64,000 nt of DNA from Phoronis australis (Eukaryota; Animalia; Phoronida). The notes beneath the pieces were generated by a model. It did no database searches. It was not told the origin of the DNA and saw only the letters and a program-made list of their open reading frames with translations. Location: assembly GCA_002633005.1 (NCBI GenBank), contig NMRA01000119.1, positions 1 through 64,000 of the forward strand, read 5' to 3'. Of this stretch, positions 38,001-49,094 are shown in pieces; the first letter of the stretch is position 1; every line of letters begins with the position of its first letter. Made by a program: the position numbers and the translations under genes.

Positions 38001-39745
38001 ATTTGCAGTTATGTTTTTTATTTAGATATCTGGAGTGGTCTTTAGATGACACTAAAATCCGGAAGCAAGATGCTACTTCAACCATTACTTACATATCGCA
38101 AAACAGTATCGGAAGATCGCTGGCATGGGATTTCCTCCGACGGAGATTCGATGACATTTATAAGGAGTAAGTTTCGCTTTGTTTACTTTGTTTCTTTCTC
38201 AATGTTTGACTTTTGTGCTTTCAGCTATTACTGCTAAGTCACTAAACTTTGCCCAGATTGCTAGAGCACCTGCGGTTGTCCTTAAAAGGTTACTAATTGG
38301 ATGTTGTTCAGCTCTCGAAAAAAAAGGACTGTGTCACGGGCTGTTTTGTGTACGAGTGTTTAGTGATGACGTGTATGTCACTGTTATGACGCAATTTGGA
38401 CCCACAAATGGTAATATAAATGCACAGTTTCAAAAATTCACAAGTCATGGATTTTTATCCCATTTAGTTGTCCACGGGAGCAATTTAGTACTTGAAACTC
38501 ACAAGAATTAGCCGTTCAGATTGAGCGGTGTGTCCCAAGGTTGCACCCATTGTATGCTCCAGAACTGTTGAGAAGGATTACTATTTATCAGCCCCAGGGC
38601 CTTAGCCGGTAATAATTTTAAAATGCCCCATGGTTACGTGAATGGGACGTGTTTCCAGTACCTGCCATATTGTGGCCCATTATTTGCACATTTTGATGGG
38701 GCTGCAAAAATTTATTGTTATGCGTTGTTGTCCTGGATACAATGCCTCGTTCAAACATCAAGTTCAACAACGCAAACGTGGAAAGCGCACGTGTTCCAAG
38801 CGTACAGAACTCACTACTTGCACGATTTCACCATTATGCTTGAAAAGGAGGTGGTGTGTTCAAACTACAATGGTTCTGCATGTGGAATACGCGCGCTTTC
38901 ATGTTTTTGTTGTTAAAACTGATTTTAAAACGAGGCATTTTGCACAATAAAAATTTTTGCAGCGCCAATATATTGTGGAAGTACTGGGCCAAAATTTCGC
39001 AGGTATTACTGCATTTCTATTCCTTTTTGCGTCTTAACAGTATTGGACACGTCATCACTTATAGTATCCGTTTAATGACACGTGAAAATTACACAATGTT
39101 ACCTGTAGAAACATGCGAGATCGTTTTTTCTTTTTATTTATCCTAGATACGGAGGAGGGTCCTTTGCATTTCCAAATCTGATCTCTGGTGTCACTTCGTC
39201 ATTCAATACTGACTTCGATTTACAACAGGTAAGTACTAATTGGTACCTGAGACATTCCAATTTTCATTTGAGGTGCTTTATGTAACGAGCGATTTTAGTT
39301 ACGCTATGAATAGAAAGGAGTGTGGTCTCCATTTCAGTCCAGTATGCAACGCATCGTTTTCCACGCCCCAAGTGGGAAAACTCCACTTCACTGAGGCACC
39401 TGTCAGTCTCGGTCATAGGACATCAAAATAATCTGAGGTCATTTAGCATTTTACCTAATTTCTCGAAGAACGTTAATAAGAAACGTGCTTCACGATTAAA
39501 AATAAGAAAAAAAATAACGCCGTGAGAGCTGGACGTGGGTCCAGGGCGGTGCTTTCAGTATAATATTCAAATTTAAATGTACATATTTATTGCCATTTCA
39601 GTTGCAAGAATTCCGTGACAAACACCCAGACATGGGCTCGGGAACAAGGGCAGTTCAACAGGCTATTGAAAAGACCAAATCGAACATTAACTGGATGAAA
39701 AACAACTTGGAACTTGTGGGTACCTGGCTTGCGTCAAGATCGTAA
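1768..39745 (+). CDS. ANPEP: Aminopeptidase N-like M1 zinc metallopeptidase, type II membrane protein, 21 coding exons (~1020 aa); several exons are present twice in the assembly
   Basis: Manual GT-AG splicing gives phase-compatible exons: N-terminal TM anchor, S/T stalk, [47 protein letters not shown]...[52 protein letters not shown]. The symbol is family-level; strict orthology was not tested. Confidence 0.93.
2236..2290 (-). mobile_element. tRNA-derived SINE head remnant
   Basis: Minus strand reads ...gtcccaGTTCAAATCCcactgtg (B box) after an A-box-like segment; no full cloverleaf. Confidence 0.35.
5346..5931. other. Assembly gap (others at 8827-9635, 25654-26151, 61406-61419; single N at 15748, 18981, 34249, 35123, 41558)
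   Basis: Runs of N. Confidence 1.
7984..8491 (+). CDS. APN-like exon 2 (S/T stalk and N-terminal beta domain)
   Basis: ttgtttctttaag acceptor; [36 protein letters not shown]; donor gtaggt at 8492, phase 2. Confidence 0.92.
8031..8096 (+). repeat. Coding 21-nt tandem repeat (about 3 copies) in the S/T stalk
   Basis: Units like ccatcctctaccacaagcg(t/c)g encode [21 protein letters not shown]. Confidence 0.8.
8648..8802 (+). pseudogene. APN-like exon 3, apparently defective (acceptor reads tttcAT; 155 nt, -1 frameshift)
   Basis: [35 protein letters not shown] continues as [15 protein letters not shown] in another frame; donor gtgag at 8803; 156 nt are needed to match flanking phases. Confidence 0.8.
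9636..9730. repeat. Degenerate (CAC/CAT)n simple repeat at gap edge
   Basis: caccacc/catcacc runs. Confidence 0.7.
9841..9958 (+). CDS. APN-like exon 4
   Basis: tttgttgtag acceptor; [25 protein letters not shown]; donor gtaagt. Confidence 0.93.
10708..10828 (+). CDS. APN-like exon 5, copy A
   Basis: [40 protein letters not shown]; AG/GT flanks. Confidence 0.93.
11149..11652. mobile_element. Non-autonomous TTAA-target DNA transposon, Kolobok-like (second copy at 16718-17246)
   Basis: TTAA|agaggc ... gcctct|TTAA. Confidence 0.5.
11741..11895 (+). CDS. APN-like exon 6, copy A (GAMEN and HEXXH)
   Basis: [27 protein letters not shown]...[12 protein letters not shown]. Confidence 0.95.
13785..13898 (+). 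CDS. APN-like exon 7, copy A (third Zn ligand Glu)
   Basis: [38 protein letters not shown]. Confidence 0.95.
15365..15503. mobile_element. Small MITE (second copy at ~21728-21867)
   Basis: Inverted ends cgttcagtaacactaggacc / ggtcctagcgttactgaacg. Confidence 0.65.
15701..15747 (+). CDS. APN-like exon 8, copy A, cut off by the N junction at 15748
   Basis: [15 protein letters not shown], identical to the start of the exon at 22065. Confidence 0.85.
16277..16397 (+). CDS. APN-like exon 5, copy B
   Basis: Identical to 10708-10828. Confidence 0.92.
17335..17489 (+). CDS. APN-like exon 6, copy B
   Basis: [11 protein letters not shown]...TALL...[12 protein letters not shown]; 5 nt differ from copy A. 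Confidence 0.94.
17625..17693. mobile_element. ~70-bp palindromic mini-element family (also at 28089-28222, 30791-30921, 31999-32074, 35078-35157)
   Basis: catggg(c/t)ggcgc-agcactgaaaaaa..ggggctatagcccc...gcgccgcccatg. Confidence 0.7.
20148..20261 (+). CDS. APN-like exon 7, copy B
   Basis: Identical to 13785-13898. Confidence 0.93.
22065..22199 (+). CDS. APN-like exon 8 (complete copy)
   Basis: MEQF...[30 protein letters not shown], includes the catalytic Tyr motif. Confidence 0.94.
22843..22908 (+). CDS. APN-like exon 9
   Basis: [22 protein letters not shown]; AG and gtaagt flanks. Confidence 0.92.
24279..25130 (+). mobile_element. Helentron-associated non-autonomous element (HINE/DINE-1-like)
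   Basis: 5' tttttATGCACCCAC plus hairpin, (gcgtcc)-type microsatellite, internal tandem units with tgaaatttggca and ccctagtgg, 3' inverted GTGGGCGCAT, caacgc/gtgttg hairpin, then ctcttgtt. Confidence 0.7.
25269..25334 (+). CDS. APN-like exon 10, copy A
   Basis: [22 protein letters not shown]. Confidence 0.88.
26262..26327 (+). CDS. APN-like exon 10, copy B
   Basis: Identical to 25269-25334, on the far side of the N gap. Confidence 0.88.
26755..26936 (+). CDS. APN-like exon 11
   Basis: [20 protein letters not shown]...EQKHFLLDP. Confidence 0.93.
27874..27965 (+). CDS. APN-like exon 12
   Basis: [11 protein letters not shown]...EWM; phases 2/1 fit neighbours. Confidence 0.9.
28820..28956 (+). 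CDS. APN-like exon 13
   Basis: [28 protein letters not shown]. Confidence 0.93.
29953..30008 (+). CDS. APN-like exon 14
   Basis: [19 protein letters not shown]. Confidence 0.92.
30528..30678 (+). CDS. APN-like exon 15
   Basis: [23 protein letters not shown]. Confidence 0.92.
31611..31690 (+). CDS. APN-like exon 16, copy A
   Basis: [16 protein letters not shown]. Confidence 0.88.
32362..32481 (+). CDS. APN-like exon 17, copy A
   Basis: [21 protein letters not shown]. Confidence 0.9.
33230..33525 (+). repeat. Old interspersed repeat family (related segments at ~3960-4235, ~16040-16135, ~36310-36600)
   Basis: Shared ordered motifs ttgctaa-ttttac, tcac(a/g)tgaccca, gctttct..gaaaatat, acttgt..ataag..ctacat. 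Confidence 0.5.
34045..34212 (+). CDS. APN-like exon 18, copy A
   Basis: [29 protein letters not shown]...LLEAMSCS. Confidence 0.92.
34690..34769 (+). CDS. APN-like exon 16, copy B
   Basis: [16 protein letters not shown] (Ile to Met versus copy A). Confidence 0.88.
35445..35564 (+). CDS. APN-like exon 17, copy B
   Basis: Same peptide as 32362-32481. Confidence 0.9.
37121..37288 (+). CDS. APN-like exon 18, copy B
   Basis: Same peptide as 34045-34212. Confidence 0.92.
37915..37956. repeat. (GA)n/(GGGAGA)n microsatellite
   Basis: agagagagagggagagggagagggagagagagagag. Confidence 0.85.
38026..38166 (+). CDS. APN-like exon 19
   Basis: [16 protein letters not shown]...[10 protein letters not shown]. 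Confidence 0.93.
39147..39228 (+). CDS. APN-like exon 20
   Basis: [27 protein letters not shown]. Confidence 0.92.
39602..39745 (+). CDS. APN-like exon 21 (terminal, TAA stop)
   Basis: [24 protein letters not shown]...WL followed by stop. Confidence 0.93.
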   Translation: MQEFRDKHPDMGSGTRAVQQAIEKTKSNINWMKNNLELVGTWLASRS

Positions 39746-39897
39746 AAAGTTCGGTTGAAAATAATTTTGGCTGAGTTATGATGGAACGCCGATCGTCGTT
39801 AAGTATGTACCAACAAGTAGATGGACTTTGATACAATTTGATACAATTTTTGTAAAAAATATATCACTCACGGTTCGGTATGCTTAAAAATACTGTA

Positions 39898-39903
39898 AAT
39901 AAA
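39898..39903 (+). terminator. Candidate polyadenylation signal of the APN-like gene
   Basis: First AATAAA, about 150 nt after the stop codon. Confidence 0.5.
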
Positions 39904-40224
39904 TGTTTTGAACGTAACAATGTAATCATTAACCATTAGTTGTATTTACACATCCATCAATTTAAAAAAGTTTTAGCTAGATTTCATCTTAAAAATGCGT
40001 TTTGCATTAAAACGTTCTGGCTAAATTCACTATTTATGCGTTTTAAATTTCAAAGGGTTTTCAGCAAAAGAACTTTAGTTTTTTCTTCACACGATGAATT
40101 CAAAACGGTTGAACTTAAAGTGTTTTAGCTTTAGCGTTTCAAGACGCTCATATGAACTTGAATACAGCTATTGAAAGCAGAGAACATTAATATACGATAT
40201 CAATGATTTATAATAATACAGTTA

Positions 40225-41505
40225 TGTTAATATCTTAATAAAAAAAGAACTAGAAAACTAAGAAACTACAATGGTGTACAAAAGTCAAAGTGCCCTGCGG
40301 CATACAAGAGCCTAACTAAGAACAAAACCCTTGAAACACACAGGACATCTTATCTCTCGCCTAGGACGGACTGAGGGTTCAGCAACAGTTATTGCTTTGT
40401 TGTCGCGATTATCAAGTGTTCTAGCGGTGGTTGTCTCTCGTCCTTTCTTGGGGATCCTGTAACGGAACATCTGTTGAAGGTTCAGCAACAGGCAGAGCTT
40501 TGTTGCTGCGGTTGCTAGGTGCTCTAGTCGGCTCCCTCGGCTCCTCTAGGGGGTCTTGTAACGGGACATATGACACTGGATTTACGTGCTGCCTATTTCT
40601 TTGGTTTTCTCTTCCAGTCCGACTGTTCAGGACCGTGTATGACCTTTCCCCATCCGCAGATATCACAACCCCACGTGAGCACTTACTAGTCCGATCTGAG
40701 GGGTTCTTGAGGAATGAGACGGACAAGCGTTCCTCTAACGGACGGGGATCACTTCTCCACTTGTTCTTCGCTGCAGGATATAGGACTTACCGCTGACCAG
40801 CCTGTTCAGACTGAGCTGCATCCATCACGTATACGTGGATGCATGGCAAGACTGTTTTGACTTTCCCGTGGAACATGAGCTCAAACGGGGAAGGGATGCT
40901 CTGGCTGATCGGGGTATCTCGTAATATCAAAAGAATATCATCGTCTATCTCAATTCCATACTTACAGTCCCTTCAGTTTCCCAACTCCTGTAAAAACATT
41001 TTGACGTCTTCAATAACCTGCTTTGTGGAGATAACTGTGATGTGCCCATCGCGTTTGACGCCATTCTTTGTCCTCCTGACGACCTCCCTGATGTCAAAGT
41101 CACCGTGACGATCTTTGCAAGTACCGGGCTAATCGAAAAGTATTTTTCACTATGTTCGTTGCTTTGCAGAACCTCAACGAGAATAGATTGTTTCCAAAAT
41201 CTGAGACGAAAAGGGCACCTTATGTTGTTGTGGAAAACACAGGCAATTCAAAACTTGCCATGATTGGTGAAACTTTTACCACCATAACCAGTCAGTTTTG
41301 ACAGCGGATTTCTGGAGTTTCTTGACTGCATCGGCCCTGTACAGCTTCTGAAATTTGGTAATATTCAGGAGATTAATTTAGGCCCCAGTATCAATTTTGC
41401 CCTTTAACCTAACTTGTCTCCCTGATGTCTCGATCCTAACAACTGTAAATTGAGTATCTGGTCCAAGGTCATCGTCAAAATGGATTTCACCTGTCGTTGT
41501 GGTAT
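40225..41505 (-). mobile_element. Ty3/Gypsy LTR retrotransposon remnant, 3' part (protease, RT-start linker, integrase tail, PPT, short 3' LTR)
   Basis: Minus-strand KIDTGA (~41381-41400) followed by a stop; VFTGVGKLK/DCKYGIEIDD; LRDTP..SPFELMFHGKVKTVLP; RSYTV...RNRQHV; purine tract GGCGAGAGATAAGA then TG at 40347. Left LTR edge is tentative. Confidence 0.8.
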
Positions 41506-42763
41506 TAGACCGGCAGCTCAGAGCACTTAGCATAGATGAACGAGGTACCAACATCTGNAGGTACCCACAAAACTAATTCTATATGATTCAATACTTGTCA
41601 CAGATCACTAAATGCCCTATGACAGACAAATTACACTCTGGATTATGCCCGGCAGAAACCCCCAAATATCTCAACCACGGTATGCCATCAAAAATTTGAG
41701 CTAGACTAGATTTTCGAAGTACGGGCCAAAACTGATTTTAAACGCACAATAGTACCGGACTGAACTCCAAATGACCCATGACAGACAAATTGCACTCTGG
41801 AGTGGGTCCAGCAGAAACCAAAAAAAGGACCCCCTGCAAAACATGACCTAGCTCATACATTTGAGGTACCACACAAAACCAATTCCATGAGGTTCAATAC
41901 ATGTCACAGGTCAATAAATGCCCTGTGACAGACAAAATACACTCTGGATTGTGCCTGAAAGAAACTCTCAAAAATCTCAACCACAATACATGCTATCAAA
42001 ACTTTGAGGTACATTAGATACCCGAGGTACCGGCTAAAACTGACTTAAAATCATTAATCCACCAGATGGCCCATGACAGACAACAAATTGTGCTCTGGAA
42101 GGCGTTCGCCAGAAACTCAATTACACTGTAAAAGAAGCTAGGTCATCATTCGGGGTACCACAATAAACAATTCCATGGGATTCAAATAGATGTTATTGGT
42201 TACCAAATACGCTATGACATTTAAAACCCAGTGTGGGTTGTGTTCGCCAGCCCCAGAAATCTCAACTACCGGTCAGTAATTTTGAATATATATGACATAT
42301 TAGATAATGATCTTATACTTTAGCGTCTACTGAGCTCTCACAATGGATGTCAAATGGATGATGGCGGAGAGTAAGCATTTTGGAAAGTACCTGATAACAG
42401 TAAAACTTTGGGATACCAGGAACTGTCTAAAACCAACCCACTCAGTGAAGTTTAAGAACGCTATCAAAACTGCCAGCAGAAAGGAATCGTCAGCGACAAC
42501 ACATGGCCCCTAAATTTGCGCTAGATCGAGGAACCACGAAAATTATTTCCAAGGAGACCTTTCATCTCATTGACTATTAAACAATACGTTGAAAGAAAAG
42601 TAACAGACGTGTTTTTAAAAACTTTCTTTAATCAAAATAAACTACATGAAATTGAGCAACACTTTCAAACAGCATAGTAACAGATAGTCAAAATCACTGT
42701 ATCGACGAGAACATCAAGCTACATACTATATCTTTAATGTCAACAGTAGTTTCCTGTTAGTTT

Positions 42764-43810
42764 TTAAAACGTTTCAATATCACATTCGTCACTGCTACTC
42801 CAGCTTGATTCGGGCTCGCTTGTTTCGTCATAGCCCATTTCCTTTACCTCTTGATCGGCTTGGTTTTCTTGTACAAGACCAGCACCTTCAAAATGTACAT
42901 CAGGAACGGCAGATCCACAAAACCATTTGGGAGTGTAGTATCCATCTTGTACCTTCCAACCGTAGGTAAGAGAATCCAAACCGTTTCCCGGATCGGCCGA
43001 ATTCACTTGGCCTCAGAGCAAGGCAACATAATGGGTTCGTTTGAGCTTGTTCAATAGTGTCTTTCGGTAAAGTGAAAGCAATGCGCAGTCAATCTTCTTG
43101 ATGTTGGCCATCGGAGAAAATTTTATTGACGTGGGACCAATTGTCTAAAAGCTGACGAACAAACACATAAAACCCATGCGCGCAGCCAGCCTCTAGTTTT
43201 GGGGTGGGCTCTAATGTCTGACCAAGTGGACCTTTTGCTAACAGAAAAGCTGGAGGACTAAAAAAAAACGGGGTACCACCTTCAGTACTGTGAACTGTGC
43301 GTCTGCGCCTTTTTAGTGGACTTTTGTCTCGTTTCCACGGACTGTTTGTTTCTCTGAGACGGACCTTTTTGCCCACTTTGCAAAATGGGTGGCTCGTTCG
43401 AGCCCCCCGAGCCCCCCTGGGTGCGCGCATGAAATCTCACCACCATTTACTGTTTTTTGACGTGAAATTGAGCATTTTGGTTTAACACTATGAAAACATT
43501 TGAAATTATTTTCGTTGCTTTTATGAACTATATTTTATCAATTACAGTTATTACCTTGTTCTTTTTTTCCGGTCATCTCTATTAATTTCAGATATCGGCG
43601 CTTCATTGACATCTTTGACTCCTCCCTTCATTAAATAGGAGGCATATGTCTTCTAACTTTCTTCTGTCTGGGACATCTACGCTTATTAACTCTGAGAAGA
43701 AGCTGATAAGTGTCCCAGATGAGTCTTTCATCAGGTTTTCCAGAGGCCTCACTTTCCCTTTCCTAAACAGTGCTGCTGTGACGTCACACCCTATCATTGC
43801 ATGCAATTTT
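42764..43810 (-). pseudogene. Academ-like transposase C-terminal fragments (stops and frameshifts; one intron at ~43163-43553)
   Basis: HAMIGCDVTAALFRKGK, KDVNEA.YLK, IDCALL..RKTLLNKLKRTHYVALL, YGWK..GYYTPKWFCGSAVP, acidic tail; these resemble the HA-TGCD...GK and YGW...P.WF motifs of Academ transposases. Confidence 0.7.
43175..43431. mobile_element. MITE with catgcgcgca(c/g)ccag TIRs inside the transposase intron; opposite-orientation relative at 47458-47691
   Basis: catgcgcgcagccag ... ctgggtgcgcgcatg; internal sequence shared with 47458-47691. Confidence 0.75.
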
Positions 43811-46800
43811 CAGGCAATGCTGCAGCGAAACACCTTGTTACAGAAACACATCGTTGTTTATATATTTATTTAAATAGCATTGGGACTCCACCGAAACTAA
43901 AACATTGCAAACACTATACACTACACTGAATTTCGACATCATGTAAAAATTTCTTCAAAAAGTTATCACTAGGCGAGTTAACTGTCTTATATCTTGACAC
44001 CCATCTGCTTTTCGCCTATAGGGATCATGAGAGTAAACACAGTCTTTAATGAACGAAAGTTTTTTATAATTAGTTTTTGTTTCCTGCGGTCCCGCTTTTT
44101 GCAGTTAACTTATTAAATACACCACCTTTATCACCAATTGTGTACTTCGATTTGCGTGGAGAAATTTTCAAAATCTTGTTGTCCAGTTGTTTGGATTTCC
44201 CACCCGAGTACTTGAACTAGCAGGGGAAAGCTGCATGGACGAGTGTACCTCCATTTTTTAAGGTCCTTTCTGGGTTTTTGGCCGACTATTTCCAAGTAAA
44301 ATTTGTCTTTCATGGGTCACTGGGTGTTCAGTGCAGCACGATTGTTGGTTTTAAATCAGTTTAAGCCGATACCTTGAAAATCTGTCTCAAAAATGGCAAA
44401 CCGTGGTTGAGATTTTTGAGGGTTTCCAGGGTGTATTTTGTCTGCCGGTCATAGGGCATTTAGTGACCTGTGACATGTACTGAATCTCATTTAATTGTTT
44501 TTTTGTGGTATCTCGAATGTATGTGCCAGCTCATTTTTGGGGGGTCATTTTTTCGTTTCTGCCAGACCCATTCCAGAGTGCAATTTGTCTGTCATTGGTC
44601 ATTTGGTGTTCAGTGCGGTACTATTGTTCGTTTTAAATCAGTTTTGGCCGGTACCTCGAAAATCTAGTCTAGCTCAAATTTTTGATGGCGGCATACCATG
44701 ATTGAGATTTTTGGGGGCCTCTGCTGGGCACAACCCAGAGTGTATTTTGTCTGTCATAGGGGTTCTAGTGATCTGTGACATATATATTGAATCATATGGA
44801 ATTGGTTTAGTGTGGTACCTCGAATGTATGTGCTAGCTCATTTTTGGGGGGTCCTTTTTTGCCGTTTCTGCCGGACCCATTCCAGAGTGCAATTTGTCTG
44901 TCATGGGTCATTCGGTGTTCAGTGAGGTACTATTGTTCGTTTTAAATCAGTTTTGGCCGGTACCTCGAATATATCTAGTCTAGCTCATTTCCTGGGCCCT
45001 TTGTAAAGCTCCCAGGGGTCACACCCAGAGTGCAGACAACGGCAGACCTCCATTTCTGTACATACTGATGTGGACTGTAAATGCTCCCGTGGTCAGATGT
45101 TGGTACCTCGTTCATCTATGCTAAGTGCTCTGGGCTGCCGGTCTTTTAGTGATCTCAGTAAACAGGATCGCACACCTACGCCTGGTGGCTATGGGTGGAT
45201 TGTCATCCTGCAGTCCTTTCTGTATATGACGTCTCTTGCCATTCATGAAAAGGTCACTTTGCGTAATTTGCGGGTGTCTTCGGGCAAAAGGTCAGTCGTT
45301 ATTAGCCAGCTGTGCCCTCCCTCGGCGCGTTCGGCGTATTATGCCAGATTCTCCGATCGCTGTTTCCAAGAAATTATTGAAAGTAAATGCTACGGATCTC
45401 AAACAAATTCAGAATATGAACGCGTGAAGTCGACTCGCGACAGACTTCGCTATTTTTTGACACGAGCGATTGACAAGATTCATTGGCATTACGTTATTTT
45501 TGACCCCGTGACCTTTCCAGATCCTGGACGAGTAAGCAAAACGACTTATTTTGCATTGTGCTCTATGAGTATTTGACACTAGGATGCATATTTCTATTAA
45601 AATAACAAGTGAATGTCAAAATAGCTAGTCGTCATGCATTTATGCCACTAGTGCGTAAATCTCGCGGATTTTGGTTTGACATGGAGTCTTGCAGTTTATG
45701 CTCAGGTCTGTAGACCCAGCAAGCGACCAGCGTTCGAATCAATCCAGTTATCTATTTTTTTTGTTTTCATCCACGACCACAAGGATTAGTGTTGTCAAAG
45801 TTAAAGAGATATTGTTCGGCTCGAGCCATAAAAATCATGTATTCAAACATTACACAAATAGCACGTGTTGTTCACAGTGCCGAAAATAGTCTCATAATGA
45901 TTTTCCTGCTAAAATCAAAAAGTCGATGCTTCTGCTTCTGAATGCCAAGGTCATGACCCTATTCAAATATAAGCCCCAGTGTCGACAATCAACCACCAAC
46001 AATGGGGACGAAAATTTGAAAAGAACTTCACCTTGTCAATTTTTTTACAAGTTGTTGCTGAGGTACGAGAATGTTCTAAAGTTGAAATTTTTTGAAAGTA
46101 GAAAAATATGTATGTTAACATTCAAAACTTAAAGAATACTAAATCATGTTTTGAACATTTCAGCAAATCCTTGTTCTGACGCCTGCTAATACATCTTTGG
46201 CGTCAAACTTGAACATAGGGAAAGGAGTCGACTAAAAACTCATACCCCTTATCTTACATTATGGTCCTTGTTGGGTGGTCTTTTCCCACAGTTGCCGCGT
46301 TATTCGCTAAACGCCTAGGTCACGCTAGCAGACTTTGAAAGGAGTTTTCAAATTTTCCTCCATACTTTTGAGAATTGTTACAGAGCATTATTTTATTTTA
46401 GAGAACTGGACAGTAAATTTGTTTTTAGTATCTGTTAATAGGCCAAAACGGGGTTTAGTATCCTTTTAAATATTGCACTGAACATCCATCCTTACCTACC
46501 ACCTAACAGTTTCATCTTGGTAACGGATGATAAGTCCAAGAGCGTATATTTGTAAAATGAGGTGTTTTTACCTGTCTTTTACCCAAATATTAAGTCTGAG
46601 AGTACTTCTGGAAACAGGAGCCTAGAATGTGCCAACGACCTGAACATAGAATGAAACCGCTATATGTGTAATAAAAAGAGCTTATAGTGCCAGTTGTAAC
46701 AGTTGGTTAGTTTATTTTGTAGACAAGCAAAAAACGAACAAGTTTATTTTGTAGACTATTAACAACCATGTTGTATCTCAAAATCTCGTTTTTATTTTAC

Positions 46801-47089
46801 ACTCGTTGACAATGCTGATTTTGAGAAACCCTAGCGTAGATATTTTTAACTGTGGCTCCAAAAGTAGGCCTGTGGTGTACATTCGGAAACTTTCCCCGCG
46901 AATAAAGTCCAATAGGCCCATGTTTTCTGGCGTAAAAAGAGTGCAGGTGTTCTGATGTCTTTTGCGGTGCATCAGACCTGCATTAGTCTCGTGTTTGGGC
47001 ACAATGAACAACACCTGAGCTAAAACTCACGAGAGCCTTGTGGTCAATCAACAGGTTCTTTGTGAAGGAAGTTTTCAAGTGTGTTTGCC

Positions 47090-47457
47090 TCCTTTAGAAA
47101 AAGGTTGCCATGCACTGTATATTGTACGCATGAAATGGTGCCACCCAGTAGCTTACTCCTTGGCCTAAAAAAGCTGGACATGACTACCTGGTCTTTAGGG
47201 GTTTCAACGCTAGTATTGCACTCAGGGCACACTGGGTTGCCCATATGCCCATAGACGTGTCTGTGTCGAGCTAAGTTACCGTGACCCGTCAAAATTTGAA
47301 TGACATCTCTTATACTCAATATGTCAAAACTAAGAAGGCTTTTTGAACCTTTTGGTTTGATCACGCTGAAAAAGTTCTCCTTGGTTTCCCTCCTGGAGTC
47401 GAGCGATGCTCCACTGGGTTGCTGACTGGGTACGTACCCAGATGCATACGCTCGTTC
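47090..47457 (-). mobile_element. Non-LTR retrotransposon (LINE) ORF2 C-terminal fragment
   Basis: QILTGHGNLARHRH..G...PVCPECNTSVET matches the LTGH...C..C...ET..H zinc-knuckle region of I/R1/Jockey-group LINEs. Confidence 0.65.
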
Positions 47458-49094
47458 CATGCGCGCACCCAGGGGGGGAAGGGGCTCGAAGGAGCCCCCC
47501 ATTTGGCGAAATGGGCAAAAAGGTCCGCCCCAGAGAAACCAAAACTCAGAGAAAACGAGACAAAAGTCCACAGGAATTCGGCGCGAATGCACAATTCATA
47601 GATCTGAACCTAGCACCCCGTTTTTGTTTTTCAGTAAAAAGTCCACAAGCCAAAACATTCCAGCCCCCCTGTATTTTAGGCTGGGTGCACAGGAAGATAT
47701 TACGATCCGGTAATGCCTTCTTGGTATCACGAAGCACAAAGTTGTGTTCTTTCATACTCATTAAGACGTGTAAGAGGCCAAACGTTGAACGTCCTGAATT
47801 TTTACTGAGAACTGTATCAAGCGGCACTAAAGGCTAATATGTAAAAATTATAATTTCGAATGATTAAATTCTTCAGATGTACACCAACTGTGAGGGACCC
47901 ATATTCCAAAATCTTAGTAGCGATAGGGCGAAATCTTTTGAATTATTGTTAACTATTTCTTGCTGATTTAATAAGTCATTTCTATAACCTCTCTGGTTCA
48001 AATAACTTTTTATGTTACTATTACACCCTGATATTTTTCGCATTTTGGCAAATTCTTGATTTTTAGAGTTGAAAATGTTTTTACTTGTGAAGTATGCGAA
48101 ATGATATTTATTCATGAATCGAGTTTTTTGATTCGCTTCTGGTATAATTAACACCGAGAATTGATGAAGAGCTTTCTGATGATAATGACTAATATGCAAT
48201 TCGGTTGAAGAAAGGCGGAGTTACTCAAAATTTTAGTGACAGTAAATTCCACCAGGAAAGAATTGATAAATCATTACATCACGAGATTTTATAACTTATG
48301 CTTATACAGGTGGTTTTTATGTATTTCGAATGCTCTCCTTACAAATGGGCACAAAGCATTGAAGCAACTTTGTCTGAAATAGGTCAATCTATTTCTGTTC
48401 AACTTTTCCTATTTTACTCATGCTTCATTGTCGACGATGTTGTGTGGGCGTGCGGTTCTGCTCACCCACCCTGCCCCGTTCCATTCTTTCCCGTCCCGCC
48501 TGGTACAGTCCCGTCCCTGTCTCGTCCGTTTTCCCGTTCCATCTCTTTCCCTAAGTTGTTTGCGGAAGTTTGTATTGAAGGGCAAATAAGTTCTACCTGA
48601 GGAGTTGCTTGGAACTTCGCTTAGCCACACCAATGTGCCTTCCACAAGCTCACCCATACTTCGCATTGGTCAACCGGTCGAAACCAGCAATTTTAGGTTT
48701 GATGTTTTATCACATTAGAATAAAAAATTCTCCAGTCAGCATCACTGGCAGGAACGTGTGATATGCTAAGTAAATTAAAAAGATACACGGCTAGGCTGAA
48801 ATTTTAAATAATGATTCAAAAGTATAACCTGGAAAAAATGATAATGATCGAAAAACCTTCATAACCAAAATTACTAACTCGCAGTAAAACCTTTGCACCT
48901 TGCTCCGCCTTTGTCTTGTAGTCCTTTTGTAGCAGGTGAGGTTTAGTGGAATACACCTGCGATGTGATAGCTTTGGTGTGCGTGCTCAGCATCGCTGCAC
49001 CTCTTATGGTAGTGCGTATTTGCCAATGGCGTACTCGACGAATTTTAGCGTGTCTGCAGGTTAGTGTGTTCTGATGAAAACTGTCTCCCTCTCT

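Larger units (their letters stand above)
41506..45145 (-). mobile_element. Academ-type DNA transposon remnant with TIRs and long inverted subterminal tandem repeats
   Basis: TIR tagaccggcagc..gaggtaccaacatctg at 41506 with inverted copy at 45094-45145; ~300-bp units inverted at both ends (41559-42270, 44290-44990); transposase fragments inside. Confidence 0.75.

Noticed and set aside
38510-38625. Segment reminiscent of a conserved SINE core (tgtatgctcc..gttgag..ccccagggcc..ggtaataat)
   Set aside because: The resemblance is from memory only and too weak to call without a Dfam search.
41559-44990. Regularly spaced repeats as a CRISPR-like array
   Set aside because: Eukaryotic context; ~300-bp diverged units without unique spacers, inverted at both ends of a transposon.
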